Assembly: GCA_951804945.1 (NCBI GenBank)
Contig: OX638162.1
Span: 5,580,001 to 5,644,000 of the forward strand
Origin: Podarcis cretensis
Taxonomy: Eukaryota
Direction of reading: 5' to 3'
DNA: 64,000 bases
Shown one piece after another: positions 1 through 12,937 of the stretch. A program made the position numbers and the translations under genes. The stretch's first letter is position 1. Each line of letters starts with the position of its first letter. Below the pieces are notes generated by a model. The model was not told where the DNA came from, made no database searches, and saw only the letters and a list, made by a program, of their open reading frames with translations.

Positions 1-939
1 GTCTATTACATTTCTGCCTCGTATTTGCTTATCAACAACAAGGGAACGGAGCATTCTCGCTAACAAACCTCTGTTAAAGCCAGTGCCCTAAAACTCAAGC
101 ATCCAATATCTGGATATAAATACCCAGTTGATCACTAACTGAAGATGCAGTGATTGTCAAGGTCCCTGAGAGAACAAAAATCCCAATACATAGAAAAATA
201 TCTGATATATACATTTACCTCGGAACCTAAAGGAGAGTTAGGCAGTACTCAGAAATGCCTTCCTGGGCTAAGGATGGCTAGGGAGCTGGAAGCATTGAAA
301 ATGATTTGACACAAAGAAAGAGCAGAAGGCAGAGGTGCCCATTACTCTTAGTGGACGGGGGGGGGGGGGGAGTTAGGAGGCATCTATTAAAGCACCCATA
401 TAGCCAGAAGTGCAGGCTAAAGATCCCCCCCTTTTTTTTAGAAAACCCTTCCCACTGAAATACACTTTACAAGTCCTTTTGCAGTAATAATTAGAGTTAT
501 GAAGGCACACCAAATATTGATGAGTGAAACTGAAATCCCCATTAGAGATCAGCTAATTAACTAGTGGACATGGGATCACCGTTAGAAAACGGGAATTGCA
601 AGAGCACAATCAATGCCATAGCTGGATCAGATCAAACAAGGCCCCCCAAGTTCATCCTTTTTCCTCCCTCAGTGGCCCACAACCAGATGCCCTGGGGTGC
701 CCCCCTCTAGGTCTCCACTGCTCCTCCTCAACAACTGATACGAAGGTGTGCTACCTCTGATACGGGATGCTCCACACAATATCCATGTGTAACCTTCTCC
801 TCCTCCAGGACATGGCCAAATCCCTTTTTAAAGCTGCCCAACTCTACAGCTCTGGCGGCAGCGATTTCCAGAGTTCAACTGGACCCCGCATGAAGGAGGT
901 TCGCCGTTTTCCTGCCCTCCATCTCCCACCCTTTGGAGA

Positions 940-1480
940 GGGCGAAGAAAAGCTTCTCTCCAGCCATTTTCTCCGCTCTCGTCCCGGCGCGTGGAGGAGA
1001 GGCTGGGAGCGCGGCGCCCGGAGGGGCTGGCGAGGAAGGGAAGCCGCCTGGGCTCGAGGGGGCTGATCCTGCCTGGGGCGGAGGAGCAGGGCAAGCGGGC
1101 GCGCGGCTGGAGGAAAGGGGCTACTCACCGGGGGAAGCGGCGACAGGGCGCGCAGCTGAACGGACGATCGGGCAGGCAGGCAAGGGCGCACGCCGAGGCT
1201 GCCTCCGGGACAGGAGATGGTGCGCCGGGCAGGCGGGGAGGAGGCGGATCCGCTGGTCCTGGGCTGCGGCCCAGTCCCGGGCGCCTCCTGCCGGCTTTTG
1301 GCGGAACAATGCCAGGCGGCCGCTGCCAACTTCGCGCTCCCACCGCTCTCCTCGGCAGACGGCAGGCTGCAAGACCTGGAACAAAGAGGCCGGGTGGACA
1401 GCGCAACGGGTGGCGATCCCGAGGATGCTCTCGAAATAATATAGAAGCGCGTTTTCCTTCTGGGCATCCTGCAGGCGCAT
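940..1480 (-). promoter_or_regulatory. CpG island, probable promoter/first exon of the next minus-strand gene (possibly ADAMTS7 by recalled synteny, not shown by the sequence)
   Basis: GC- and CpG-rich block; strong minus-strand splice donor CCG|GTGAGT with GT at 1128-1127. No recognisable protein in any frame. Confidence 0.5.
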
Positions 1481-1489
1481 AAGCTAAGA

Positions 1490-1980
1490 AACGAGGGAGA
1501 GGCTCATCTTTGGAAAGGGTGAAGAAAGTGATCAGGGGAGGCTGCGAAAAGAATTTGTAGCGTCTGGGGCTTTTTAGTTTACAGAAAAGGCGAGTAAGAG
1601 GCGACGCGATAGAAGTTTGTAAAATTACGCATGCCATGTGGAAAGTGGATAGAGAAAAGTCTGTGTCTCTCCTAACACTGGGACTCCTGAGCACCCAATG
1701 AAGCTGAAGGTTGAAAGATTCAGGACAGAGAAAAGAAAGTCCGTCACACACTTCGTTTTACTCTGGGCCTTCCTCCCCCAGGATGAGACCAATTCAAGGC
1801 TACTGGCCTTGATGGCTCTGCCCGGCCTCCACCGCAGGAGGCAGCAATGCTTTTGAATAGCAGTTGCTGGAAACCAGAGGCAGGGCGAGAGCTCTTGTGG
1901 TTCCCACAGGAAACAGGATCCCGAACTGGGTGGGCCTTCTTTGGCCTGATCCAGAAGGTTCTTCTTATGCTCTTATGTTT
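1490..1980 (+). mobile_element. CR1 LINE 3' fragment (degenerate)
   Basis: Degenerate CR1 ORF2 C-terminal coding sequence (LGLFSLQKRRVRGD-like) ending in a TTCTTATG-type repeat tail at about 1962-1978. Confidence 0.6.
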
Positions 1981-3866
1981 ATCAATTTGTCTAATTCATT
2001 TAGGAAGCCGCCTAAGCTAAGGGTCACCAATTTTAGAGGATGTCCTCACAAGTTCCACCTAACTAAAGAATCTCTCTCTATCCACTGTCCCCCAGCCCTT
2101 TGGTTGGTATTTTTTCTAAATTATCTGCCTCCCATAAAAAACGCTCCAGCGCCCGATCATCTTGATCAGACTGTTTTCAACATAATAAAAGTTGCTTCTT
2201 GCTTCAGAGCAATGCTTATTTACCTGTGTGCAAATTTAAGCTATTAGCAGTGCAATCCTAGACACGTCTTCTCAGAAGTCAGACCCATTAGTTTAGACTT
2301 CTTTCACATTTACATTATAAATTTGAATTTATTATTACTGTTGTTGTTGCTGTTGGCATGTCCCAGCCACCTTTGCTGTGCTGGCTCTGAAGTGTGCCTC
2401 TCACCTCCCCAGTGAGCATAAAACCTGCATTGCTCATGAGGAGGAAGCCTCTTCATGAACTCTGAGTTGAGTCCACCTGGCAGATTCTCCTAATTCAAAA
2501 GGAAGAATCACAATATGACCATCATTTGTTACCAGCGGCGCAGTGTAGTCTGCTGTTGTGCTGGTGTGTGGGCACCTGGCAGGGCACGGAGGGTGAACGG
2601 AGCCCACCACATGAGCCCAGCTCTTGCTGCCAATGCCACAGGAGTGACACCCCCCCCCCCGAACCATGCTGTGCCACCCACGCAGGTGGGAGCCCAGCTG
2701 GCTAATGCAGCCCTTGGCAGGCAAATCCCCCCCCCCATGCACATGGAAGGAAGTACAGTACCAAGTCTGGGGCATTGCCTGCCTCCCTCCTTCCGCGCTT
2801 GCTTACTGCCCAGGGAGCGTGTCCAACAAGGAGCAAGCAGTGAGGCCAGGCTGGGCTCTGGGGCCAAAGACCCCTGGCAGCAGGCTGGGAAGGACATGGG
2901 GATGGGGTCCGTCAGGATGCACCTGGGTGGGGCTGGGATCCCTGTGGAAGCCACCACCTACATGGGGGCACCTGGTTTGCGCCCGGTCAAAACTGTGCAC
3001 CCGGAGTCATGGCTCCACCTCATGCTATGTCCCTGTTTGTCACAGAAGGAAGGAACTGGAGGAAAGTCTCGAAAAGCTTGTGGTCACCTGGAAAAGGAAT
3101 TCACCTTACAGAAGCCAGAAAATATAGGGTCTCCCCACAGCACTCTAGCACAGCCATCCTACCATAAAAGTAAGATATGGCAGCTCTGGGCACCACAAAT
3201 AGTGGCAGAGTGGATAAAACCATTATATTCTCCCGGCAGCCCCCAGTGAAATGAGTGGGCCTCTGTCTGTGCTATTGCAACTGGGCAGGGGGTGGCTGAG
3301 GGTTTGTGGCTTGGATGATGCCACACAGCAGGTCAAAGGCTCAGGTGATGTCTCAAGTGGGGTTTTCCCCGCCCAACACAGCCTCACAGCAGCTGTTGCG
3401 GATAGAGCATACAGACCAGCCCCATAACCTGGCATCATTAAATTTCCTCTCAGTTAAAAATGTCAATGTTCACTGCTCTGCTAGACCAAACAGCTGAATT
3501 GTGCAGTCAATCCCTTTAAGAAGAGACATCCAGTTCCACAAAACTGTTCTCACTTTAAAGGATGAACAGCAGCACACACACACACACACACCCCCGCACC
3601 AGTTATGGGATAGCAATTATACTGAGGTTTTCCAGTGCAGCAAAACTTTATTTCACATTGATAACACAAAGGAAGTGTGTGACTGCCCTCAAGTATTTTT
3701 CCCACAGAATAAGCAGAAAGGTTAATCAAGGGCAGCCAAGCCACTGAAGTAAAATTTCAGCAAGGGAAGATGACTTACAAAATCACATTTTACAGTAATT
3801 TTCCAATGTAACAGGCACAATTAGTGTGCATCTGTACGTAACAGCAAAAGCACACATCTTTGGCAT

Positions 3867-4850
3867 ATGCAGCCGCTGGGAGAGATCATCAGGAGGTTTG
3901 GGCTGGGTGTTCATCAGTATGCGGATGATACCCAGCTCTACCTCTCTTTTAAATCAGAACCAGTGAGGGCAGTGAAGGTCCTGTGTGAGTGTCTGGAGGA
4001 GGTTGGAGGATGGATGGCGGCTAACCGATTGAGGTTGAATCCAGACAAGACAGAAGTACTGTTTTGGGGGGACAGGAGGCGGGCAGGTGTGGAGGATTCC
4101 CTGGTCCTGAATGGGGTAACTGTGCCCCTGAAGGACCAGGTGCGCAGCCTGGGAGTCATTTTGGACTCACAGCTGTCCATGGAAGCACAGGTCAAATCTG
4201 TGTCCAGGGCAGCTGTTTACCAGCTCCATCTGGTACGTAGGCTGAGACCCTATCTGCCTGCGGACTGTCTCGCCAGAGTGGTGCATGCTCTGGTTATCTC
4301 CCACTTGGATTACTGCAATGCACTCTACGTGGGGCTACCTTTGAAGGTGACTCGGAAACTACAACTAATCCAGAATGTGGCAGCTAGACTGGTGACTGGG
4401 AGCAGCCGCCGAGACCATATAACACTGGTCTTGAAAGACCTACATTGGCTCCCAGTATGTTTCCGAGCACAATTCAAAGTGTTGGTGCTGACCTTTAAAG
4501 CCCTAAACGGCCTCGGTCCAGTATACCTGAAGGAGCGTCTCCACCCCCATCATTCTGCCCGGACGCTGAGGTCCAGTGCCGAGGGCCTTCTGGCGGTTCC
4601 CTCATTGCGAGAAGCAAAGCTACAGGGAACCAGGCAGAGGGCCTTCTCGGTAGTGGCGCCCGCCCTGTGGAACGCCCTTCCAGCAGATGTCAAAGCGATA
4701 AACAACTACCTGACATTCAGAAGACATCTTAAGGCAGCCCTGTTCAGGGAAGTTTTTAACATGTGATATTTTACTGTATTTTTGGTTTTTATGGAAGCCA
4801 CCCAGAGTGGCTGGGGAGGCCCAGCCAGATGGGCGGGGTATAAATAATAA

Positions 4851-4890
<40 letters not shown>
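3867..4890 (+). mobile_element. 5'-truncated L2-clade LINE, young (RT C-terminal 299 aa open)
   Basis: ORF 3867-4766 with YADDTQLY, LNPDKTE, LGVILD, LDYCN and LHWLP motifs; short 3' UTR and (ATT)n tail at about 4852-4890; ATATGC on both flanks (3865-3870, 4890-4895). Confidence 0.9.
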
Positions 4891-4893
<3 letters not shown>

Positions 4894-5252
4894 GCTGCGA
4901 AGAGATCCTGAATTTTGGAAACTGGCTGAGACACCTTGATGCCGTCTTAATTACTTCATCCCATTTCACTGTCTGCTTCACTCATCTAAGGAGTGAGCTG
5001 GCTGCATGGACAGAGCCAGGGGGGCCCGGGAGGGGCAGCTACCCCCAAAAAACATAGTAATAAAAATTACATAACTAACTGAGGTTCTGCCCCCCCCCCG
5101 CCAAAAAAAATCCGGGCTATGCCTTTAGTTGGCTGGCTGATTAACGTTAACATGCATATAAAAGTCAGGAACAATGTATAGGATAGCAAATCATGTAACC
5201 AATCAGACATATGAAAAATAATACATTTTTACCTAAGTTTCTTTTATATAAT

Positions 5253-5430
5253 AGGAACATAAGAAGCTGCCTTATACTGAGTGAAACCATTAGTCCATCT
5301 AGCTCTGTACTGTCTACACTGACTGGCAGCAGCTCTTCAGGATTTCAGGCAGAAGTCTCTTGCAACCCTACCTAGAGATGCTGCGGATTGAACCTGGGGC
5401 CTTCTGCTGGCAAGGCTGGCCCTTCCCATA
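5253..5430 (-). mobile_element. tRNA-derived SINE with CR1-like tail (Squam3-like)
   Basis: Minus strand has a B-box-like GGTTCAATCC and ends in TTCTTATGTTCCT; similar copies near 6856-7030, 25140-25300, 25470-25670 and 46500-46650. Confidence 0.5.
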
Positions 5431-5871
5431 ATCACTTTTCTTTCTTTCTTTCTCTTTCTTTCTCTCTCTCTCTCTCTCTCTCTCTTGTTTGTTATAAATT
5501 GCTTCTAAAGTGGTCTACAATAAGATAAAATACAAAAGATTACCAACTCAATAAACTGAAAGCGCTAAAATAATTTCTACAGCTGCCCAATTAATATTCC
5601 AGGGGAAACCTTCTTAAAGAAAAATGTATTTAATAGCTACCTACAAGACTTACACAATTATATTCTTATTATAAGGCAGGGAGTAAAGGTCTAATCATTA
5701 AAGTACACAATGATTAGCCATAAGGGTGTCTTCTTCTGTGGCTTATGAGTAACCATGCATTTCATATTAATGTTCCTATCCTGAAATGTATTTTCTCCCA
5801 AGAAAGTATTGTCACTTTGATAGGGTTAATTTTCAAATAAGCTTGATTAGGATCACATCCTTATATTAACC

Positions 5872-6379
5872 NNNNNNNNNNNNNNNNNNNNNNNNNNNNN
5901 NNNNNNNNNNNNNNNNNNNNNNNNNNNNNNNNNNNNNNNNNNNNNNNNNNNNNNNNNNNNNNNNNNNNNNNNNNNNNNNNNNNNNNNNNNNNNNNNNNNN
6001 NNNNNNNNNNNNNNNNNNNNNNNNNNNNNNNNNNNNNNNNNNNNNNNNNNNNNNNNNNNNNNNNNNNNNNNNNNNNNNNNNNNNGAGAGATTAGAGAGAG
6101 AGATTAGAGATAGAGATAGAGAGAGATTAGAGAGAGAGATTAGAGAGAGAGAGAGAGATTAGAGAGAGAGAGATTAGAGATTAGAGAGNNNNNNNNNNNN
6201 NNNNNNNNNNNNNNNNNNNNNNNNNNNNNNNNNNNNNNNNNNNNNNNNNNNNNNNNNNNNNNNNNNNNNNNNNNNNNNNNNNNNNNNNNNNNNNNNNNNN
6301 NNNNNNNNNNNNNNNNNNNNNNNNNNNNNNNNNNNNNNNNNNNNNNNNNNNNNNNNNNNNNNNNNNNNNNNNNNNNNNN
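5872..6379. other. Assembly gaps (N runs 5872-6084 and 6189-6379) flanking a (GA)n/GATTA microsatellite island
   Basis: N bases; 6085-6188 is GAGAGATTA-type simple repeat. Confidence 0.95.
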
Positions 6380-8955
6380 TATAAGTGTAAACTGCCTCTT
6401 TTAAGCAAACCACACAGGGCAAGCAACAAGGAAGGTGGGGAGGACAGAGTAGCTGCTCCTTTGGGAGGCCCTTAACCCTTCCTGTCACCAATTGGGTGAG
6501 ATTAAGAGATAAAACAATACATGCTGATGGCAGAGATACTTAGAAAAATCAAGTGCGTTCTATATCTTTTGATCTTGCTTTGCAAAACAGCTTCTCAATC
6601 TGTGTACATCTTTGTGTAGGAAGCATGTTTAGCATGGGAAACTGTTGGATAGTGTCACACCCAGCCTTTAAAATGCCAGAGGGTTTTTTTAAATACTGTA
6701 CTTACTGCCCCACCTTTCTTTACTTACCTGGTTCTTTACCTGGTTGAAGAGGAATGTTTCGCTTGGCACCTAAAATATATAATGAAGGTGCCAGGTGAAC
6801 TTCTCTGGGGAGAGCCTTACATGGTTTCCAGATATCTTCTCCTCTCCACAGAAAGGGCATCACAGAGCTCAGTGGTAAAACATCTGCTCTGCCTGTGGAA
6901 GCCCCCACCTTCAATCACCAGCATCTCTAGGTAGGGCAGGAAAAAGGCTCCCATCAGAGACCCATTGCCAGACAGTGAAGACTATTCTGATCCACCATTG
7001 TTGGGCTCAGGATAATTAAGCTGCTTCTGTCCATGCGTTTCCCATAGGTTGCCCATCCCTATTTTAAATTCACTCAGCTTTGTCACAGTAGGGTTGTTGT
7101 TTTGTATTTGCTGCTAAGAAACTAGTCCTCTGGAACAAGCTAGCTTCAAAAATAAAAATCCAGCAAGCTTTATTCAAGTATATTATGAGTTACATATGGT
7201 ATTGTGCTCTGCTTCTTAACCTAAAAATTCTCATGAGGCTGCTCACAACATATAAAAATTAAAACCAGAGACAGTAATATTAGTGAATGTCTAGGTGCTG
7301 ATAATTGTTGACAGGAAACTTTTAAGTCCCTTCCTGCTCTTCCTTCTTTTTTAATATTTGTGTAGAATTTTTTCTTACAAAATATGTCCACCCTAAGACA
7401 CAAAAACTTGAATACAGCCAGTTACAGCTACAAAGGCATGAGGCATAAAAGGCCAGATTCTTGCATTTCATAGTCACGGTTTGGGTGGCAAAGGGAGGGC
7501 TTGAATATCCAGGTTGGTGAGAGTGCCTTAAAAACAAAACCACATTTTTTCTTTAGAAGACTATGCGTGCAGCTTGCATGTTTCAGCCTGGCAGGAGGTG
7601 ATGGCAATTATTGCATAAGAATCTTGTGTTGGGAAGTCTGCCTCCCTCCCCTCCCCAAATTAACCTCCATCTCTAGAGCTCAGTGGTGAGAGGGACTGCA
7701 GAGGAAGAATCACCAGGGACCTCCTTTCAGGCTCCTGACCTGAAAACCCTAGTGCAGGAAGAAGCGCTGTTGCTAAGCCACAAAGTACTTCCTTGTACTA
7801 ATGGAAGTACGGTACTTTGTTGGCTACCATTTCTTAAACTGGGCTTGAACCAGAGAGGGCTGTTCTCTGTAAAGTCAGGAACAATAGACACCCTATTGCT
7901 TTGTATCATGGACAAGCTCTCATAAGCCCTCGCTTCAGGGCCTTTTTTGTGGTGGCATGAAAACTTAGCAAAACTTCCTTCAGAAGGAGTCTTGCCAGCC
8001 TTGTTCTACTACATTTTTAAAGAACTAAGTGAAAGGCCTGGGAAAAATGTCTCGGCCTGAAACTCCAAAGTCACCAGAAGGCTGGAACCAAAATCCCAGT
8101 GTCTTAGCATCAAGAAAATGCTGGGCTGGAGGCCCCACTTGGCATATCTTTTAAAATGGTCCACCAGCCCCACCAAGTTAACTGGTGCTACTGAAAAACA
8201 AGGCGTGTCAAACATGATGGGAAGTAAAATGACAATGTTACTGCCATCACTGAGATGGCAACCCTACTGCTCTAGGGTTTCCTGGGCACCCTGATCATCA
8301 CCAGCATTTAGATTGGATCACTCCTTCCCGAGTCTCCTCTCAATGGCTGCAGGTAACATTCTGGCACTGGGAAGAGAAGTTTAATGTCAGGGAGTGGTGG
8401 GACAAGGAAGAGTGGTGGCAGCCAGTGGTCCAGGAGGCACCTGACACGGAAGGGGATTCTGAACCAGGTTCAGACTGGGGGGAAAGGGAGGAATCACTGG
8501 CATAGAGTGAGAGTGAATGGGAGAAGTTTGAGGTAGCCACAGATGCTGGTAAGAGAAGGAGTAGGGGTTGCATCTCCTGCTCAGCAGCAGAGTCCGGATT
8601 CCGCTCCTTCCCCTCCCCCACTCTCAGCACAGGAAAGAAGGGTCGAGAAAACGCTAGAACATGGCTGTGTGAAGAATCTCAGGCTTCCTCCAAAAGGATG
8701 TATATGCTGGTCTTCCGCCCACTGTCATCACCACCGGCCACATCAACTGCTGCTCCCCAGACCAAGCTCTTCCCAGGCAGAGTAATATTTTGCTCCTATT
8801 GGTACTAAATGAGGTGTAACTACCCCCCCCCCCCCAGAACCTTCCAGCCTGAAGGCCCTGGAAAGAGTCCCAGAACACCCACGCAGGATTTAAAACCGCT
8901 ATTAGTCTCAATTTTAGCAACAAAGTCAAACTAAAGCATTACAAAATTACTGATT

Positions 8956-8961
8956 TTTATT
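8956..8961 (-). terminator. Candidate polyadenylation signal (AATAAA) of TBC1D2B, implying a 3' UTR of about 3.8 kb
   Basis: TTTATT on the plus strand, with T/GT-rich sequence downstream on the minus strand; 8960-12741 is comparatively repeat-poor. Not confirmed by transcript data. Confidence 0.45.
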
Positions 8962-9410
8962 GTTTTTGGCAAAGATTTCCAGTACAGAACCAGGTTACAT
9001 TTCAAGGATGCAACCCATTCATTGTGCCGCATCCCTGGTTGTTTCTAATACATAATACTTCCCAAGGGATGAGTTAAGAGCTGTACAAAGGTTTAACAAC
9101 ACCAAAAGAGAAACAAGTTTTTAAATTTCTTCATGAGGGACTGAAGCAAAGCATGATTATGAATGTGTTTGTCAAATTGACTACGTAGTGGTTTGTAATG
9201 GCTCGGACAAACGACAAGCCTAATTCCTCGTGCTAATGCAGAAGACAACTACAGTGTAGCTGTAGGAAGAGGAAAAAGTTGTTCAAGTTCAATGTTTAAC
9301 AAGGGACTTTCCACTAGGAACATATTCCATGTAAGCCCCACTCAAAAGAGGAAGGCTCATCCACACTTCCTATTCATTTTAGCCAGGCTTGCACGAAAGA
9401 TGCTCCAGAT

Positions 9411-9549
9411 CAGCTCTGGCCAACTCAGCGCCCTCCAGATGTTTTGGACTACAACTCTCATGAGCCCCAGCATTGTATGGGTGTGCTGGCTGGGGCTCAT
9501 GCGAGTTGTAGTCCAACACACATGAAAAGCTCCAGGTTGGCAAATGCTG
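9411..9549. mobile_element. Short palindromic hAT-type MITE
   Basis: CAG...CTG ends, internal 28-bp inverted repeat, decayed 8-bp flanks (CTCCAGAT / TTCTAGAT); same family as 34810-34945. Confidence 0.65.
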
Positions 9550-12500
9550 TTCTAGATTAAGGGCACTGGGAATGATCAGTTTCTGCCTACTGAGTAGCAC
9601 TTGAAAACTATAGAGAAAATCTGCCTACTGTGCAGTACAGGGCTAGGCATGTACTGCTTGATCCCCATTCTCTCTGCCTCTAGTGTAATAGAAAATTGGT
9701 CTGTGACTTGGAAACTTGCACAAAAGGCTTCAGCGGTGTGGATTATACAATACTTATAAGAGAAATCATGCATAAGATACTTTGCATATATAATATGTAA
9801 CACATTTTGAAATTCTTTACAAAAAAAGAAAGAGTAACAGAAAAACCTCATTGCAGTAAATGAGACCTGAAAAAGATGGCACATATTGGGCGGCGGCGGG
9901 CAGGGGTGTGGGGAGGTTGTTCAAACTTTCTTTGTTGAACTCTGCTCTTAGGATCTCAAATATTCTTGCCTTGTTCCATCCTACAGTTTGAGGCTTGGAA
10001 TCATCTCACAGAACTGTGGTCTATCTCACGGGTTTGATTTCTAGGCCAGAACACAAATGTCAGGCAGAAGGAGCTTGTCATCCAAATTCCAAAGTGGGTC
10101 CACCCCCCCCCAGGGGGAGACAATGACAACTCTTTCACATGTGAGTTCAGGTGCACTGAACATAACCGTCTACAAAACAACATTGGCACAATGGGCGCTG
10201 TCTCACTCTCCACCATCACCTGTGTTTAGTTGTTTGTGGGAATTCTTCAAGCATATAAAAGCCAGGTGTTTCAACTACTATTCACTATCTAAATTAGGAG
10301 TTTCAATGAACACAGATGGATCCCCTTTAACAAGCAAGTGCTAAGAAAACAAAAATATTCTACCCCACATTTGGCTTGAGACTCTTTCAGCCCTATCAGA
10401 AGACAGTTAAGAAAATCTGACAGCCTGGCATAAATTCAAGTGCCGCCATCTGTGGGTTTCAACACTCCTTACAACAGGAATTGGAGATACAGTGCCTGTA
10501 ACACTACACGGAGGAATCTTAGTATTATTCAGGTACAATGTGTTTAAAAACGCTAAGTGGCATTAATGTGTTCCGAGGCCCATCTGTTCAGCTTGCACTG
10601 TATCTATCTCCTGTGTCCTCCCTTGCTTGCCCCACAGATGGTTCTGATCCTGCTGTCAAAGGAGAGTGTTGCCTGATAGTACCAAGCCAACATGCCACAT
10701 GAAATAGAGTGAAATAAAATGGTACATTCTTGCACTGCTATCAGCACAGGTGAAAATTTCATGGCCAAAATATTCCCTAGCTCCAACAACCTCACAACGA
10801 AATTGTCAATTAATGGTACATTTTAGAAACCATCAGAAAGAGGATGGCAACAGTCTGGAAAAAGAGGCTTTATAGCATGCTCACAGATTCTTGCAAATAA
10901 GTAGAGAGGTGCTCTTTCTCTCCGCATTCCCTGCACGCCACTCCTGTAAATGATCTCTAAGCCTTTGCTGTCAAGAGCAGCTTACAAGGTGGCAGGGGAG
11001 GAAACTGTTCTTCAGAGAAAGGAATCTTGACTGCAGGCCACTTGTTGGATGAAGGTAAACATTCTCAGGGCTGAAAAGGCCATGGCAACTTTTGGAAGGG
11101 CAGCATGTAAGGAAGGAATTCTTTTTTACATGAATAATAAAATTATTATTATTATTGCATTCATATCCGTGTCTTCTAATGAGGACAAGGTGGGGTATTA
11201 CTTTTCCCTTCTCCCCACTGTAGTCTACCATTTTTTCTTGAGAATTATACTGCCTAATAAAAAGGCACATCAAGTGTGGGAAAGATGAAGGGGAGGGTCT
11301 CAGCACAGTCATCTTTAATAATGAAAAAGAACACCCATCCCTCAAAGTAATGAACCGTCTGCCTTCATTTTCTCCAGGTTCATCAACTGTATCTAAGATA
11401 ACACATATTTCTGCAAAGGTCAGAATAATACAATAGAAGGAATCCACCTGTAATTTCACTGGCGTTAAGTTTCAGCAAAATGACAGGAGCCAAGCACCTA
11501 AAAATGTGCAACAGAAAGAAGTACAGAGGTGCAAAAAGAAAAAAACAAGTTTAAATACTATCAGAAATTAAACCTTTCATAAGAGAAAGCAAATACACAA
11601 TTCACATTGTTTGATTCTTCTAGGGTTAATCTATGCCAAACCTCTCTGTGGCAGAAAAATCAGGTGAATTTATAGCACTTTCACAGGTCATTAAGTGAAA
11701 CCAACATGCTTGCTTGGTTGAGCAATCTGCCACTGATTAAAAAAAAAAATGCTTCTCAATATAAATCTCCAAGGTCTAAGGGATTACATGGAGGGGGAAG
11801 CCCATCAGGCAAGAGCACCCTCACCTGGCCAGAACAGGTAGGTGCTGGCAAAACACAACATATCCTTCTGCCATTCTGGAGAGGGCTCCTATGCCTTTAA
11901 GAGTATCATGTAAGCTAGAAAGCACCATTTCCTTCATTCCTGTAGTATCCAGAGAAAACTTTTCCAGCAGAACTACTTCTTGCCTTCCAGTTCTTAAAGA
12001 GAGATAGACCAATGGTGTCCAAGGCAGCCTTATTAATAGTTCTCAAGGTGCTCACTTAGCACTATGTGAAAACAGACTTCAGCAATTCTTCTTGCTAAAA
12101 ACAGAGCCACTAGGACTAGTGGAATGATCTCTTCAGAGGACTTTGCTTCCTGGCAAAAGCACTGAAAGGCTTTTGGCCGGCCTCATGAGGCCTCTTCACA
12201 TTTTCATAGTTTTGAAGTACGTGCACAGATATGCTGAAGATCTGTCAATATTTGGGCTGGTTTTAAACAAACAGATGGACTGCCAATGCTAGTTGGCAAA
12301 TGAAAAATGCCAGCTTAGTTCAATATACTCAAGGCTAATGAGGAGTGATTCTCCCAAATGGATTTTGGGGCAGGGGAAAGAGTGGGGAAAGCAACTGGGA
12401 AATAAGTGTAAGATGGTGGATATTAAAAAGATTAAGGACTTTGTGCTACTGCTTCCTATGTGTAGGCACTTCAAAAATGAGTCCTTCAAAGAAGGGGGAA

Positions 12501-12741
12501 AGTGGCAGCTCAGATGCAAGGTGCAAGAAAAAGTGCTCTTTACACTCTGGCAAAAAAGGTAAACAGAAAGAGAAATTTTGGTGGGGGGTGGAGATTTCTG
12601 CAACGGCATGCTAAAGACTTGGAAATCTGTCCTGCAAATTTCCAGCTGACGTTGCTTAGTTTTGCTGGATCCGTAAGGAAGAGGCCACTCCACAAAACTT
12701 TGGTCAAGCTTCCAGAAAGAGTCTTGGCCCCTGGGGGTTCC

Positions 12742-12937
12742 TCAACCATCTTCTTCATCATCACTAATGAGGTCCCTTTTATCTGGGTTAGTTTCCCGCT
12801 CACGCAAGAAGTCTTCCCGAATGGCTTCAAGTTCCATGAGCTCCAGGCGGACTTTCTCCAGATGGTAGGCCCTCCGATTTCTTATCTGGCGCAATGGAAA
12901 GGGATTCAGATCCCCAAAAGCAATACTGATGAGTTTC
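12742..12937 (-). CDS. TBC1D2B: TBC1D2B exon 13 coding part (KLISIAFGDLNPFP...DDEEDG*, 196 nt)
   Basis: Acceptor CCCAG|, stop TGA at 12744-12742. Confidence 0.95.

Noticed and set aside
767-1751. Many overlapping ORFs of 75-208 aa on both strands
   Set aside because: Expected from stop-codon scarcity in a GC-rich island; the products are Arg/Gly/Pro-rich with no recognisable domain.
2434-3249. 244-aa plus-strand ORF and overlapping ORFs
   Set aside because: No recognisable homology or exon structure; GC-rich, probably repeat-derived sequence.
6174-6491. ORFs containing X runs
   Set aside because: Artefacts of the N gap.
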